Shown: in pieces, positions 43,201 through 51,800 of the stretch
How the letters are laid out: every line of letters begins with the position of its first letter
How positions within the stretch are numbered: the first letter of the stretch is position 1
NCBI GenBank assembly: GCA_019429125.1
Contig: JAHYJO010000005.1
Coordinates: 1 to 63,862, forward strand
Source: Nanobdellati archaeon
GTDB taxonomy: Archaea > EX4484-52 > GLR71
Reading direction: 5' to 3'
DNA length: 63,862 bases
Program-made: the position numbers and the translations under genes
The notes under the pieces: generated by a model
The model's database searches: none
Told to the model about the DNA's origin: nothing
Seen by the model: only the letters and a program-made list of their open reading frames with translations

Positions 43201-44041
43201 GAGCGAAATTTTACTTTCTGATTTCCTACCGTTAGGTGCAACAATAAATAACAAGACAGTAACTTATTACAACAACAGCAACAGCCAGACATATAGCCTG
43301 TACAACGACTCCGATTACTTTGTAGGCAACCCCGCACAAGATACTTTACCAGACGGAGTTCAAGTAGATATCTACCACTACAATTTCACCTACAACTACA
43401 CTAACTGGAGCGGTACATTATACGACAATGACAGCATCACTATAATCTATAATGCAAAACTTTTAGGTGGTGGTTCCTGGCTATTGCCGACAATCCTTGG
43501 TGGTTATGACCCCGCATACAAGACTCACATAATAACTGAAATGTACACAGATGTCAACATACCATTATTTGATATTATATTAAAAGTACTGACAAAAACC
43601 GTATCCCTCGGAAACCCAGTAACTGCACTATTGACAATGGAAAATGTAGGAGGACCAAAAGCAAAAGTAGATGTCATGATAAATTATGCAATAAAGACTC
43701 AAGAAGGACAACATATAACTGGAAGCACAGACACTATCGCCATAACAGATAAGAAAGAAACAATCCTTAATCTTGAGCTTCCTAAAGGTGTTAAGGAAGG
43801 CGTATATACGTTTGAGGCACTTGTTACCTATACTGGACGGGAAGCTATATCTACCCGTGATTTTGAAGTCATAGATTATTATAGGCCTGAAAATAATGAT
43901 AACTTAATAACTATAGGTCTCAGTATAATTATCATACTACTCATAATAATATTTATTTGGAACCAGACTTATACTGTCAAAAAGAGAAACATTAATTTAA
44001 AAAATAACAACATGAAACATTTTTATGAGAGACAATCCTAA
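31241..44041 (+). CDS. Giant (4266 aa) membrane-anchored surface glycoprotein/adhesin: Thr/Asn-rich region, DUF2341-like, FG-GAP repeats, Cys-rich modules, LamG-like, Ig-like repeats, C-terminal TM
   Basis: Hydrophobic helices at both termini. WWNTSWRYRVPITV, ADFDNDGDWD/GDFDGDGNMD, LVGWWRFN...ALQFDGSDDYV...FNGTIDEVKIFNRALT, repeated xDTTxP and dense N-x-S/T sequons. Confidence 0.88.
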   Translation: MSFEFNKLKKNNLHVLLLFFLLILILIILIKPYGIYTGNLLASTSTESFRLSPESINLCSIENNIANLSFGPLNQTSIICKNDSYSFSQSSPSSSLPSSSSLSGLSSYLELTFSEISSDNFNITGTDLIFDWYSEVVYDAQIFYQADNGTYEKVCTLKIPNTQSQSICDLSDNIQSISNLHNATVRIYFQEIPITTTISNLITGKVLGVMNNNESQTQTLDNSSNDNISVDNTTIGDEISGDIDTSKSIENNTLNLTDNSTITNITESVNITTDNITADNITIENLTNTTLSLDNITTDNLTTENITNSTIIFDNITTDNVTINNITIDNLTTDNITYTNKTITDNLTDTNTNLSSNHPILDNYTLNISLPSPADNTTTNNTLTDNSSTQNATIHISNIFLNIKYIIYNAITLNMYSDITEYFPNDNVSIYISGDSKIIDKIQLTIDQNDYELKNISENKWKFIWTAPQNSSTKDVKVTVTAYDLKGKRLDAVTLKLSPKNMIATSIPETKKETAVNSTDIKFGARLIYENNSAYKGAQLFFGCNQTDGSYTYLGTNITDDSGWAVLTSDNSSVPEDCFLYVDYRGNTTLHTLPSFNSSLGLPVAIPYKLKDLPTDINIYDSITGELIPYNQYASLKSPKKINLRLADSTGFIFFDSVDLDYINTSKRPSIIKDSKLKQKIEKKTKETVNDLIWVEADDFVPNTTGGKIILPSIGYKTFKCDGTLEDPDCFEIDTCSVSEKPCYEYDNGTTIIYVNHFSGAFNTINWTTDDDWNTGTHVNTTSSAGDLILSGTNTTGYYLSNTTDTTYTIIRIKPIWNSTEQDANKNITVEISADNGTTWLTTTNNTNYTTGAGISTGHELVYRINLSTNDSATSPKVHDITLDYYVIIPNISISLDTDKTTATPNEKITVTGYAVLQPGDTDVVNNIMYLWFDETLISPSEWWNTSWRYRVPITVDTGNYGPIINENIFKRINFRQMLDNQGISEDVDNNSIRVISDTGKEVESNVIFWYTGNEGLVWFYINTTIPTNTEKIYYVYFETTSNPKTPKIYARSPPPDVAVQFQGGSDNGGSGGITRIMGDYNGSFTIYNNDIPNPGANSHDSQCIADFDNDGDWDYVMSKNTDSNIYYYRNNGNGDGFSNFTSMGSIGTRSSTSHFMACATADFNKDGNMDFISFSDTNCCRDLFLGNGDGTFNKTENALANGVYNRDISVGDFDGDGNMDIAIGHYGAYNWYIYYGFGDGNFTAPIYIGNYGGSNADPYAVASGDWNHDGVLDIIVGGAYYGHDGTARKKFQGKTGGQGPSYFTDMGYWTGPNGIDIGDGSRSNVHGWMEGYDWNHDGNDDIIGNIYADNIASQCGIYYWQGTSADWGFENAVKLGVGARCWMGEGGTSPQVGHNLGYYVISPNDLEQILITNNTGFYNYTFIATSVTGTHTLKINTTDENEVYGENSTNITQPSIIISDQQAISIESQTKYILIDEQINISVKVYKNIDNPIDSVWVNITMPNSTVKTYFLDNTTNRTETQIWDVILDTTSEFDNLIGTYNITFYANSTLENGSTIIQQVPTQLINFYIQKLVVFVKNKDGSSVSDANIIVYVHNTTDIVCQGNTTTNGQFDCSAVETSKAYDILYDNIPGRFSQLWKRMVFIPNNTIEFVTPYTYSCSDGSGSNCDVYSDLEVRVYEDLINLKTPGGNLLAIIHTTTSGLSNDTSATNGATITFDKNITSVWDNPVCTDGYYYGWGKEYDYGAEGFIFLFNSQDNIVGCNQKIKITNATGSFESYLLVNIYETTTGFLSCSGHTNSEGTINCGLSSGLYDLKTENGSYALNVSKNSTVTLIAYDSPKTLSDLTIKLTNSTGDALPYIPLNIYENDTGNIVCSVTSNEDGYIICSLDSAKTYDVLNYTNISLPDSYIIDITQYLFEIQTLEYGIPIKDNHIIVKDGSTTKCDGYTDINGMYLCSIQSNNYDIYVGTDNELVENVKFTLSSSESHILEMSPYLLKTEVIATGGGINFSEINVFDHESSNLVCQASDFQGINYTVRCYLANRSIAYDVLYNNTIGTIDHMWKKTVLLPENLTFHESEDYPDYCNLELRIYDKYYTDTMPDGLLLGTVLHGIGKCSDMDIYGFDSTVTSEWNNPVCTGNNFYVWTYSGIGKRSAHYNFSGSVSGCNLDITVKNTYNETLTFASVSVYDKDTQILRCVGNTNSNGLLSCGLPVGNYSIRACFAGYCAYQDISSLGSYSVTIPNIMNTISVVVTDILNEDPLVSDANIIVYVHNTTDIVCQGNTNTNGLYNGQFDCSAVETSKAYDILYDNIPGRFSQLWKRMVFIHNTIEFVTPYTYSCSDGSGSNCDVYSDLEVRVYEDLINLKTPGGNLLAIIHTTTSGLSNDTSATNGATITFDKNITSVWDNPVCTDGYYYGWGKEYDYGAEGFGYMFNSTNDISGCNQSITIINESGSLLNNINVKIYNFITGKLNCEGKTNTNGIIKCGFYSGNYNITTEYGAYILDATISNDYIIQKYNSSTIMETLDVELKDIIGDSISYDKLTFYDAETSIIACQGYPNEQSRLICSLNASKNYTVMVWEGNVSYTLSTHKNIELPDTTSIQENVDLTVLKYTSDKNYIPLSEEIIKLYSGGIYVAQGMSNEQGHIGFALDIAPTYYLNIFDYIGTDAIIAVPLTTTTYVYVSLSPKLNKTDVMSGETILLNGTTIFQPTGDLLPNLNVSVYLNGTLLGNTTTNASGEYAYQITAPTTDGNFTLMVNTTDLNGIYGEYLTNFIVDTSPPNITIISPKNRSYTSSVWFNLSVTDIRGTDWCGYSLDNTANITLSNDTLTNFYDVNSSMTEETHTVIFYCNDTAGKLNYTTEYFNIDLTLPTITLDAPVNNTVITEPPLWINLTMADDLLLDTSWWSNNSGTINYTLNSPWDIDMSEWPEGDNIIHVWVNDSAGNTVQKVYLFILNRYHPEIEFVDPTDNNSGLVNRDWSYINVSASNLGSEDNITVFLDWNNSLVGWWRFNNESGENETYFKDWSSYGNNGSCITTTCPNYTTGYLGKALQFDGSDDYVNAGNDASLNLTNEITIMAWVKPTGTIGSGGYAIISENGNHYTQIRRDNGSGSKIAFWHASAGIWFESNTDVPMNQWSFIVVTFNKYDINQNVKFYLNGVANGTGDTTTALVPTANNIWFGNVYTTSRYFNGTIDEVKIFNRALTPAEINSSYDAGLYRLEKNITNLVDGTYTYTAHVQDLVGDLNQTETRTLTVDTISPIVTLISPEQDDYISSILINFVFKIIDNLNTSMVCSLYINNILITTNSSTNNDTETTFSNITVSENINQNWTVKCSDGVNKNELSIRTFSTDTTSPSIEFISPTKDNNSYISENYTYINWTLTEINPDTILLNWAGTNETMSQNYLNKTGLTDGIYTYYVWVNDTSGTSNQTETRTLTVDTLPPIVTLVSPEQDDYLSSTSMDFIFNVTDNLETYMVCSLYINGTLIKTKSSTNNDSATTFSSITVSENINQNWTVNCSDGVNTAQPSIRTFNIDTTPPYIEFISPTEDNNSYISKNYTYINWSLSEINSDTIFLNWAGINETMSQNYLNKTGLTESIYTYYVWANDTAGNSNQTETRTLTIDTTAPTVTLVSPIDNIYSSATTMDFIFNVTDNLETYMVCSLYINDTLITTNSSTYNATDTTFSSIAVSENINQNWTVNCSDGVNTAQPSIRTFNIDTTPPSISIQSPTPTIYGTLNIDLNYSAQDTNGILSCLYELNGANTTLTSCQNTTITAVEGNNNLKLYAKDTFNNWNMAEVDFTVNLISLQITKYLSPDVLIAGENETITVNTTLKINQTKNDVYSIKITDEVPYDFYNSTVITVYFKNATTAELTELTTNIIINIVDLAQNNNTQIQVNITNISETNLAGYIKENDSIILTYEMTSSQLDSGDTRTMYINVTATDINENQKDAYTTKNISASGAVLRGSKSIYINPANPQDITVTIVVDVIGDAGMSEILLSDFLPLGATINNKTVTYYNNSNSQTYSLYNDSDYFVGNPAQDTLPDGVQVDIYHYNFTYNYTNWSGTLYDNDSITIIYNAKLLGGGSWLLPTILGGYDPAYKTHIITEMYTDVNIPLFDIILKVLTKTVSLGNPVTALLTMENVGGPKAKVDVMINYAIKTQEGQHITGSTDTIAITDKKETILNLELPKGVKEGVYTFEALVTYTGREAISTRDFEVIDYYRPENNDNLITIGLSIIIILLIIIFIWNQTYTVKKRNINLKNNNMKHFYERQS
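35996..36487 (+). repeat. Intragenic duplication, copy A (492 bp)
   Basis: Near-identical to 38018-38518. Confidence 0.9.
38018..38518 (+). repeat. Intragenic duplication, copy B (501 bp)
   Basis: Differs from copy A mainly by a +12 and a -3 in-frame indel. Confidence 0.9.
40961..42385 (+). repeat. 549-bp (183-aa) tandem repeat of paired Ig-like domains, about 2.6 copies
   Basis: QTETRTLT[VI]DT starts at 40961, 41510 and 42059, with long identical DNA stretches between copies. Confidence 0.85.
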
Positions 44042-44059
44042 TTGATTTAACGTGTAGAA

Positions 44060-44227
44060 GGCACTGTTCATTTTTCGAGTGATTTCAAACAGAATGTAGT
44101 TAATTAAATACCTTTATTTCTTTTGTAATTCGACGTGAAATGTGTATATTAAATGGATTTCTGCAGGAGTTTATAAACAAACAATATTTAAAAAATATTC
44201 AAAATCACTAACTTTTTGGATAGTGCC
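44060..44227. mobile_element. 168-bp MITE with 8-bp target site duplication
   Basis: Ends GGCACTGTTCA...TGGATAGTGCC, flanked on both sides by GTGTAGAA (44052-44059 and 44228-44235). The body recurs at 58864. Confidence 0.85.
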
Positions 44228-44286
44228 GTGTAGAATATAAACCTAAATAATAAATTAAACATTATACAAATGTATTGAATACTCGT

Positions 44287-45846
44287 TCATGCAATTTTTT
44301 TATTCTCAGAAGATTTAGTTTCTATTCGCGAATCATAATCCTCAATCAATGACTCTAAAGAGTCATTAGGTACAGAATTGATATCAGGTTTAAGATTAGA
44401 TTTTTTTTCGGTTTCATCAGAAAAATCATTTTGTTCTTGTACACTGATAGTTTTTGAAGCATCATCTTCAAATTCTAAAAAAACATCTTGTTTCTCATAT
44501 ATTTCTTTATCATCTGCTTTTATCTTATCAGTTTGTGTAGTTTTGATACCTTCATCTATCTGAGTTACATTATTCTTTTGTGTTATATCTATTTGATTAT
44601 TTATAGTGTCTTGTGGTATATAATTATCGGTAGAAGTATCAATAACATCATCATTTGCAACCATCTGTTTCTCATTTACAATTGTCTTTTCATTCAGTGT
44701 TGATACAAGATTAATAATATTTTCCATCTGATTCTTATTGTCTCCAAGGACAGCATCTAATTGTTTTTTTATATTCTGCAAATCATTACCTATAACATTT
44801 TCAATATTTTTTTCAATTTCTTTAATTGCATGCACATTATCTTCAGACAGTTCTGTATTCTTTTCAATCTGTGAATTTATATGACTTAAACTTTCTTCTT
44901 TCTTATTGATTTTAGTCTCATTTGCCATTGTTTTTTCAATCAATATAGACATAAGATCTTTAATGTTTAACATTTTTTCTTCAGTCTTATCCACTCTTAA
45001 ACCCAACTCTTTTTTGATTATACCCATATCTTTTTTAGTAATCATATTATCAAATTTAAGTTCAACTGCATCAATTGCACGTATGTTATCTTCAAGAAGT
45101 TCTTTATTGTCTTGTATCATAACATCTATATTATCTAAAGTCTCTTGTTTCTTGTTCAGTTCAAAGAATATCTGTTCAACCTTTGAAGTGGTACGGTTGA
45201 TATAATCTTTTTCATCTTTTATTTTCTTAATCTGTTTATCTATATAAGTAGTAATATTGGTTAAACTTTCAATACTTTTGATATTATCATAGACTTTATT
45301 TATTTTAGTTATCTGTTTCTCAAACGTTGTGTTACGTTCAGTTTCCATGTCAAGTTTGGCTTCAAGTTCAAGTATTTTTTTCTCTTTCCTATCCATATCT
45401 ATTTTGATTCTTTCAGGATTTATCTCCTCAGTTGCATCTTTTATCTTTTCAAACTTAGTAAGTACATCACTAAATGATTTCTCTCTGTCAAATATCATTG
45501 AACGCAATTCGCCAATTTCTTCTGTAAGTTTTGATATCTCTTCATTCTTATCTTTTTCAATGCTATCAATCATCTCAAGTTTTCCTTCAATCTTATCAGT
45601 CTTGATTGTCATTTCATCTATTGTTCTCTTGACTTTATCGATTTCAGTATCTTCTTTAGGATTATATGCTGTTACAATGTTATCATTTGTTTTTTTGGTA
45701 TTGTTGCCTTTGCTGACTAATTTATCAAATATGCCAGATACGGATTTCTTTTTCTCTTTATTTTCAAGATTATCAAAATCACCGACACTAATTACATTCT
45801 CAGATTCTTCAATGTCTTTTATGTCATCTTTCGTATCTTCAGCCAT
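44287..45846 (-). CDS. Long coiled-coil protein (519 aa) with acidic termini, downstream of the ATPase-fused giant protein
   Basis: Heptad-rich K/E/I/L sequence (EISKLTEEIGELRSMI) with no transmembrane segment. 29-nt gap from the upstream gene. Confidence 0.8.
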   Translation of the reverse strand: MAEDTKDDIKDIEESENVISVGDFDNLENKEKKKSVSGIFDKLVSKGNNTKKTNDNIVTAYNPKEDTEIDKVKRTIDEMTIKTDKIEGKLEMIDSIEKDKNEEISKLTEEIGELRSMIFDREKSFSDVLTKFEKIKDATEEINPERIKIDMDRKEKKILELEAKLDMETERNTTFEKQITKINKVYDNIKSIESLTNITTYIDKQIKKIKDEKDYINRTTSKVEQIFFELNKKQETLDNIDVMIQDNKELLEDNIRAIDAVELKFDNMITKKDMGIIKKELGLRVDKTEEKMLNIKDLMSILIEKTMANETKINKKEESLSHINSQIEKNTELSEDNVHAIKEIEKNIENVIGNDLQNIKKQLDAVLGDNKNQMENIINLVSTLNEKTIVNEKQMVANDDVIDTSTDNYIPQDTINNQIDITQKNNVTQIDEGIKTTQTDKIKADDKEIYEKQDVFLEFEDDASKTISVQEQNDFSDETEKKSNLKPDINSVPNDSLESLIEDYDSRIETKSSENKKIA

Positions 45847-45875
45847 GTTATCTACCCTTTATTATTTTTGTACCT

Positions 45876-48800
45876 TTATGGTTTATATCTTTTCAGATGT
45901 TCCATAAGTGATGAGATGTATATCTCAGCAATCCTGAACCGTCCCTGTTTGAGTTTGTTCTTTGCAAGTTTGAGTTCAAGTTCAAAGTCACCAGTATTTA
46001 TATTTTTATTTTTGAGTCCCTCAATCATTGACTCAATCTTTTCAAGTTTCTCAGAAAAGTCCTTATATTTATCAAGATCTTCATTAAGAATTTTATGTGG
46101 TGAATGCCATGTAGGCCTAAATGATATGAACCATGGCTTACCATTATTGTATTTAGGATTCTGTATCATCCCGACTCCTATTCCTTGCCTTGAAATCCTA
46201 TTTGCGAAGTCAAGACCATATTTATTTTTCCATTTTTCGATATCACTCAATGATTTTGTATTGAGCTGGATTTCAGTAAGTACATTACCACTTATAGCTT
46301 CCTTGAAATCTGATGATACTTGTGATATCATAATAAGTCCGATACCCCATTTCCTGAATTCACGACATGCTTTCTCAACTTCTGTATATCCACCGCTACC
46401 ACCATATTTTTCAAGTAGCCGATGTACCTCGTCAAGAACGATAATCATCTTAAGTTCAGTTGATTCTTCCCATGTCTGTGCAAATAATGTCTTTATGATA
46501 GACCTTATTGCGATGTCATACTCCCCAGTCTTTAATTTATTAAGTGTAAATACAGTGATTTCACCTGGATTCATATATTTCTTGAAATCTACCTGTATAT
46601 TAGGGTCTGTGACCTCTTCAATTACACCTTTATATGACCTCCTGTATCGGGGGTCCATACCAAATTGGGAGTATCTGTTAAGTATAAAGTCATCTTTACA
46701 CGGTTTCATAAACCCAGTCCATTGAACTGTGGGGTCAAAGACAACGACAGGTATATTATGTTCAAGTGCCTCTTCAACAATGACTGACGCTGCTACACTT
46801 TTACCAGATCCAGTAGACCCTGCAACCAAAAGATGCGTTGTCAGATCTTTAGGATTGAAATATGATTTCCTGTCAGTTTCTGAAATTTTACCCACACAAA
46901 ATGAATCATTGGTTTTACCGGGAAGAAGTGAGTAATTGACAGGCTGTATATACCTTTCATTCCTGTGCTTGTATCTTATATATCTTATCCGACCATAGTA
47001 GCCGACAACAAGAAGCGATAATATTATAATGCTCCATTTGACGCGGTTACCCATCGTAGTCTCCCAGAAAGTCAGCACAACCTCAAAAGTATCAACTGAT
47101 GATTTTTGTGTAATTGTCGTATCTCCATAGGTAGCAAGAACTTCAAGATAATATTCCCCAAGACCAACAGTATTGATGTCTGCAAGTGATAGTGTCTTTC
47201 TTAATGTTATAGACTCAGTCAAGAAGATAGTTTCATTGACAACCTTAATTATTTCTTCAGTCTTTGAATTCTTAACAATATAATCTAAGGTGACATTAAA
47301 TCCTTTATTTTTAGCAAGGTTTGAGAATATTATATTGAATTTTATATCCTCATAAGGTCTAATTTTTTTAGTAATCAGTTGAATCTTAATATCCATCTCT
47401 TGCAACATGCTTGAAGTCGATGTAATCTTGAGTGCTACAGGAACTCGTGTAGTCTGGTTGATTGAATCAAATATCAATGTACCATAATAAGTTCCAGGGA
47501 CAGCTGTGTCTTCTGCAGATACATATAAATTTACAATCCTGTTTTCAGATGCTTTAAGTTCAAGAGTTACCTTTGAGAAATTTATATAGTCAATGATTTC
47601 ACCTAAAACTGAGATATTGACAAGTTGTGAAGTATTAAGCAGATTCTGTATAGATAAATTATATGTTTTATTTTCTCCAGGAGTTAAAAATATGTTACCA
47701 ATATTACTGTCAACCGAGAAGAATTCAGTAATGCTCTTACAATCAATTGGGCAATTTACAGAATTTTCACCTGTCTCACATACATCATTACCACAGACAC
47801 TTCTTGCAGGACTACTTCCACCGCCTGAGGAACTAGGACTTGGAGGGTCAGCAATATACCCACACGTTGTCCCACGACACCATTCAGCGATTGCATATGC
47901 AGATGTGCTCGTAATATTGAAAGTTATTGTATTTAGTTTAGTATCAAGTGCAACATTACCATACTTAACAAAATCAGTGGCACAAGATCTTGTTGTCATG
48001 TTCCACTCTGAACATTTGTAAATTCTTAGGTAATCTTCAGAAATTGTATGACCAATATCCAGCAACCCTTGTGTATAGTTCAATGTAATTTCAGCAGATG
48101 TATAATTAATATATGGGATATAAATTCCCAGTGCAAGCAAAGGATCCTGTCCTGCATCAGGTGCAGTGGTCGGCAAAGTTATCTGTCCTATGTCAAGTGA
48201 ATCATTAAGTGTCACAAGATCCAACTTAAACACATCTGTAACATTTGTTGCGTTGCTGTCATTATGCTGGTTCTGCATAATTGTGCTGATATTGACATCT
48301 CGTAATTTAATGCTGTGCTTTGCATCCCACAAGTTATAGATTTTAATATCATATATCCTCTTATGTATGTCCCATTTATATGTTCCATTGACGCCTACAC
48401 TAAAATCATGTATTGCCCAGTCAGTCCCATTTTTGTATAACTGGAAATCACCAGTGATAAAATCATCGTTTGTATCTTTTAGTACTCCTGAAAATTCAAG
48501 GTCTGTATATACATCAAAATAACCTGTAGTTTCATTCACAGTGCTTGAGACAAGACCATGAGCACTATCATTTGCAGATATGTCTATCTTGTAGTCGCCA
48601 ATTTGGTTAGTTGTTATAAGGTCAAATGTCCAGATGTCATCTGAAACCAAAGTCAGACTATATGGCATTACACTTGCATCTGGATAAGTGACATTGGCCA
48701 AAACCTGTGATATGCCCGTATTGTCTGTGACATTAACAAGCACATTAATAAGATTTATATTATCATTCCAGTCAATATTCCCCTCACTGTCGCTGACATT

Positions 48801-51800
48801 TAAAGTGATAGAATTAATAGTTGGTGGCATGATATCATCATACTTAACTGCATTTGCCTGTTCTGCAGTAAATATCATCATAGTGCTGTTGTCAATTGCA
48901 TAATATCCAGTAACTTTAAGTGTATTGTTAATCTTATTGCCGTCAATTAAAGGTGCATTACACTGTAGTTCATAATCATATGTTGTGCCGACATAAGGGA
49001 AATTAAATATTGTGGCGCCCTCATATAAGCAAGGTAATCCACTGACATTGATGCTCCAATTAATCTTATTGGAATCAGTAATTTTCATATAATTATATTC
49101 TGCATCCACATATATTGTAATGTTATGAGAGCTATTGACAGGACCTGCCTGTAGGCTTTCAGTTGGGTATGTAATGTCAATACTTAATGCGCTCACATCT
49201 AAAGATAATACTTCATTAACAAATTCGGGAACAAGAGTAGTATCATTGCTTGTAATTGTAATATTTATATCATGTTTACCTAATGATGCCTCAGACACAT
49301 TATAATATATATCAAGAATTCCTGTAAAGTTGGCAGGTATAGTGTAATTATCCTCTGATATAATTTGCGAAACAGTACCATTTATTGTAATATTTGTAGT
49401 GATATAACTGCTTCCGTTTCCAGTGATATTGATGATAAATGTAAAATTATGGTTTAGCATATTAAAGATCGTTACAGGTTTAAATTTCCCAATTTCTGTA
49501 GGCCCACCTTTACCTGCCACAACATCATAGTCTTCTACAACAACTTTCCAATCAACATCCTTAATTGTTATGTTGATAAGTATCATGTCTGAACAGAAAT
49601 CATAATCCCCCATGCATAATGACTCTGTATCATTTGCAATGATATATGTCCAGTAATTACCCATTAGACTTTTGTTTTCAGGAACCGTTATGTTCACAGT
49701 TATAGTTAAATTATCATAAAAATCAATATCAAAATTATTTCCACTGTAATTCAACCAGTCATTTATAATTGATGAATTTCCACCGGTAGTATTAAGTGAT
49801 ATGTTGTATAAGGGTGTATTTCCAAATGCAGATATTGTAACGTTACCAAGAGTTTTGATATCGCCATATGAGATTTCAGAAGAATCAATCTGCACATCTA
49901 TAATTTTTAGATAGGTAGTATGTAATACATCAATTACAATACTTTCATTTGAAAAATCAGTATTATTATTATCCCATATCAATGTGAAATTGAGTGTATT
50001 ATTACCAAGGGTTGCATACTGTGTAATATTAATAATTATGTTCGTTGTGCAATTCCCAGAGGGTGTTATGCTTTTGCATTTATTTGATGCTGTCACAAAT
50101 CCAGTCTTTTCAAAAAACAGGATTGTAGGATTAAACATATCAAAATCACCTGTGTTATTTATCAACACACTTATATTGAGTGTAGCATTCCAATCATGAG
50201 TTATATTTTTAGCAGATAAATATGATGAATTAATTCTGAGTTGACCTGAAGTCTTGTCATCTGAAAAACTGACATTGACTGTATCAGACCAGTTTTGGCT
50301 AATATTATAGTATAAATCCGGTACATCACTTATGTTACACACAATAGGATGGCTTCCAATTATGCTTGTAGAATCTACCCAGGTGTATGTGGCAATGCCG
50401 TCATAATTTGTATTTGTTGTACCAAGGAATGTCAGATTGTCATAGAAACCGACTGAATAATTAAATATACTAGTTGATATGTTTGCATCACTGACATTAC
50501 ATGTTATATTCACAGTTGAGTCTAGAAAACATCTAAGCCCATCTTCAGAACAACTCGAAGATGAAACTGTTATATCTGAAATCTGACTAAAGCCAAAGAT
50601 ATTTACATTAACATATTCCTTATCAAGTACATAGTAAGGTCCAGTTGCATAAGCAATAATCTTTTGTGATCCTACACTATGATTCATAAATGAGGTCCAA
50701 GTAGTATTGCCACTTCCTGCAGACGTTTTAGTATCATAATCAACCGATATGTCTGAACTGACAATGGAATTGATGCAAGTTCCATTTATGTCAGAGATGC
50801 AGATGTAATCAATATCTATGTCTGTGGATTCTCCATTTCCCTCGTCCACAATGGTTATGTTAATATTTGTAGAACCATTAATCTGCGCATCATTGCATAT
50901 CTTTGTCTTCCAACTAATATCTTCCAATTCAGTAAAATTATTAAGATCACAAATATAATCTCCAATAATTAATGATACATTAGCATATTCAGATTGATAT
51001 CTAAAACTTTGCCTGTACCGTATTTTTACATATTCACTAAGTATAGGTTCAAAAAGCGTCTGTGACACATTTTTTGTATTACTTAATGCTGAAATAGATA
51101 GTACACTAATATTGCCAACATAGGTGGCAGTACCATCACCTGTCCAATACTCAGTGCTATTATTTGAAAAGTCATTGTTTCTGATAAACGATAATTTATA
51201 CTCAACATAGGGATTTGGATTTTGTTCATCCAAATATAACATATAACTCTGGCTTTCATTAGCGCTCATATTAATCAGGAAAACAATTTCAGAATAACTA
51301 TTCATATATTTCTGGCCAATGCTTATGTTCTGTATCTGGATAGGCACATTGATTTCAGTATCCTGATCAATATAATTAAGTCTTGTAGAATTAATTTTCC
51401 ATGAACTTACATTAACATCATAACTCTCAAGGTCAGATGCTTTAATTATGACTGGTCTGTCTGTAATATTTCTACTAGATATTTCAGTAATATTTAATGC
51501 AATGACTTTGTTGACTGTATACCAGTTAATAGCATATGTATTTTGTTCCTGTGTATCGCATCCATCAGTCGCGCTACTATTCAGTTTAATCTCATCGCCT
51601 TTATAGAATTGCTGATTGTCTGAAGGTGTGTATATAGTAATTGCAATATTATCGGTCAACCTTACATCATAATCATCATTATAGTCTAAAGTGTAATTGA
51701 AAGGTACTATATTATTGATTGTCACATTTACTCCATAATCACCAAGAGTTATATATGAACAATCCGGGTTCCAGTTATAAGTACACAATCCATTAGTATT

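Noticed and set aside
45868-46725. 285-aa plus-strand ORF, and similar antisense ORFs such as 45329-45907, 8708-9247 and 16611-17120
   Set aside because: They are shadows of well-supported genes on the opposite strand and have no motifs of their own.
45876-46950. Canonical HerA-NurA repair operon or conjugative VirB4/VirD4 locus
   Set aside because: No nurA, mre11, rad50, relaxase or VirB-like genes are adjacent, and the ATPase is fused to a surface protein.
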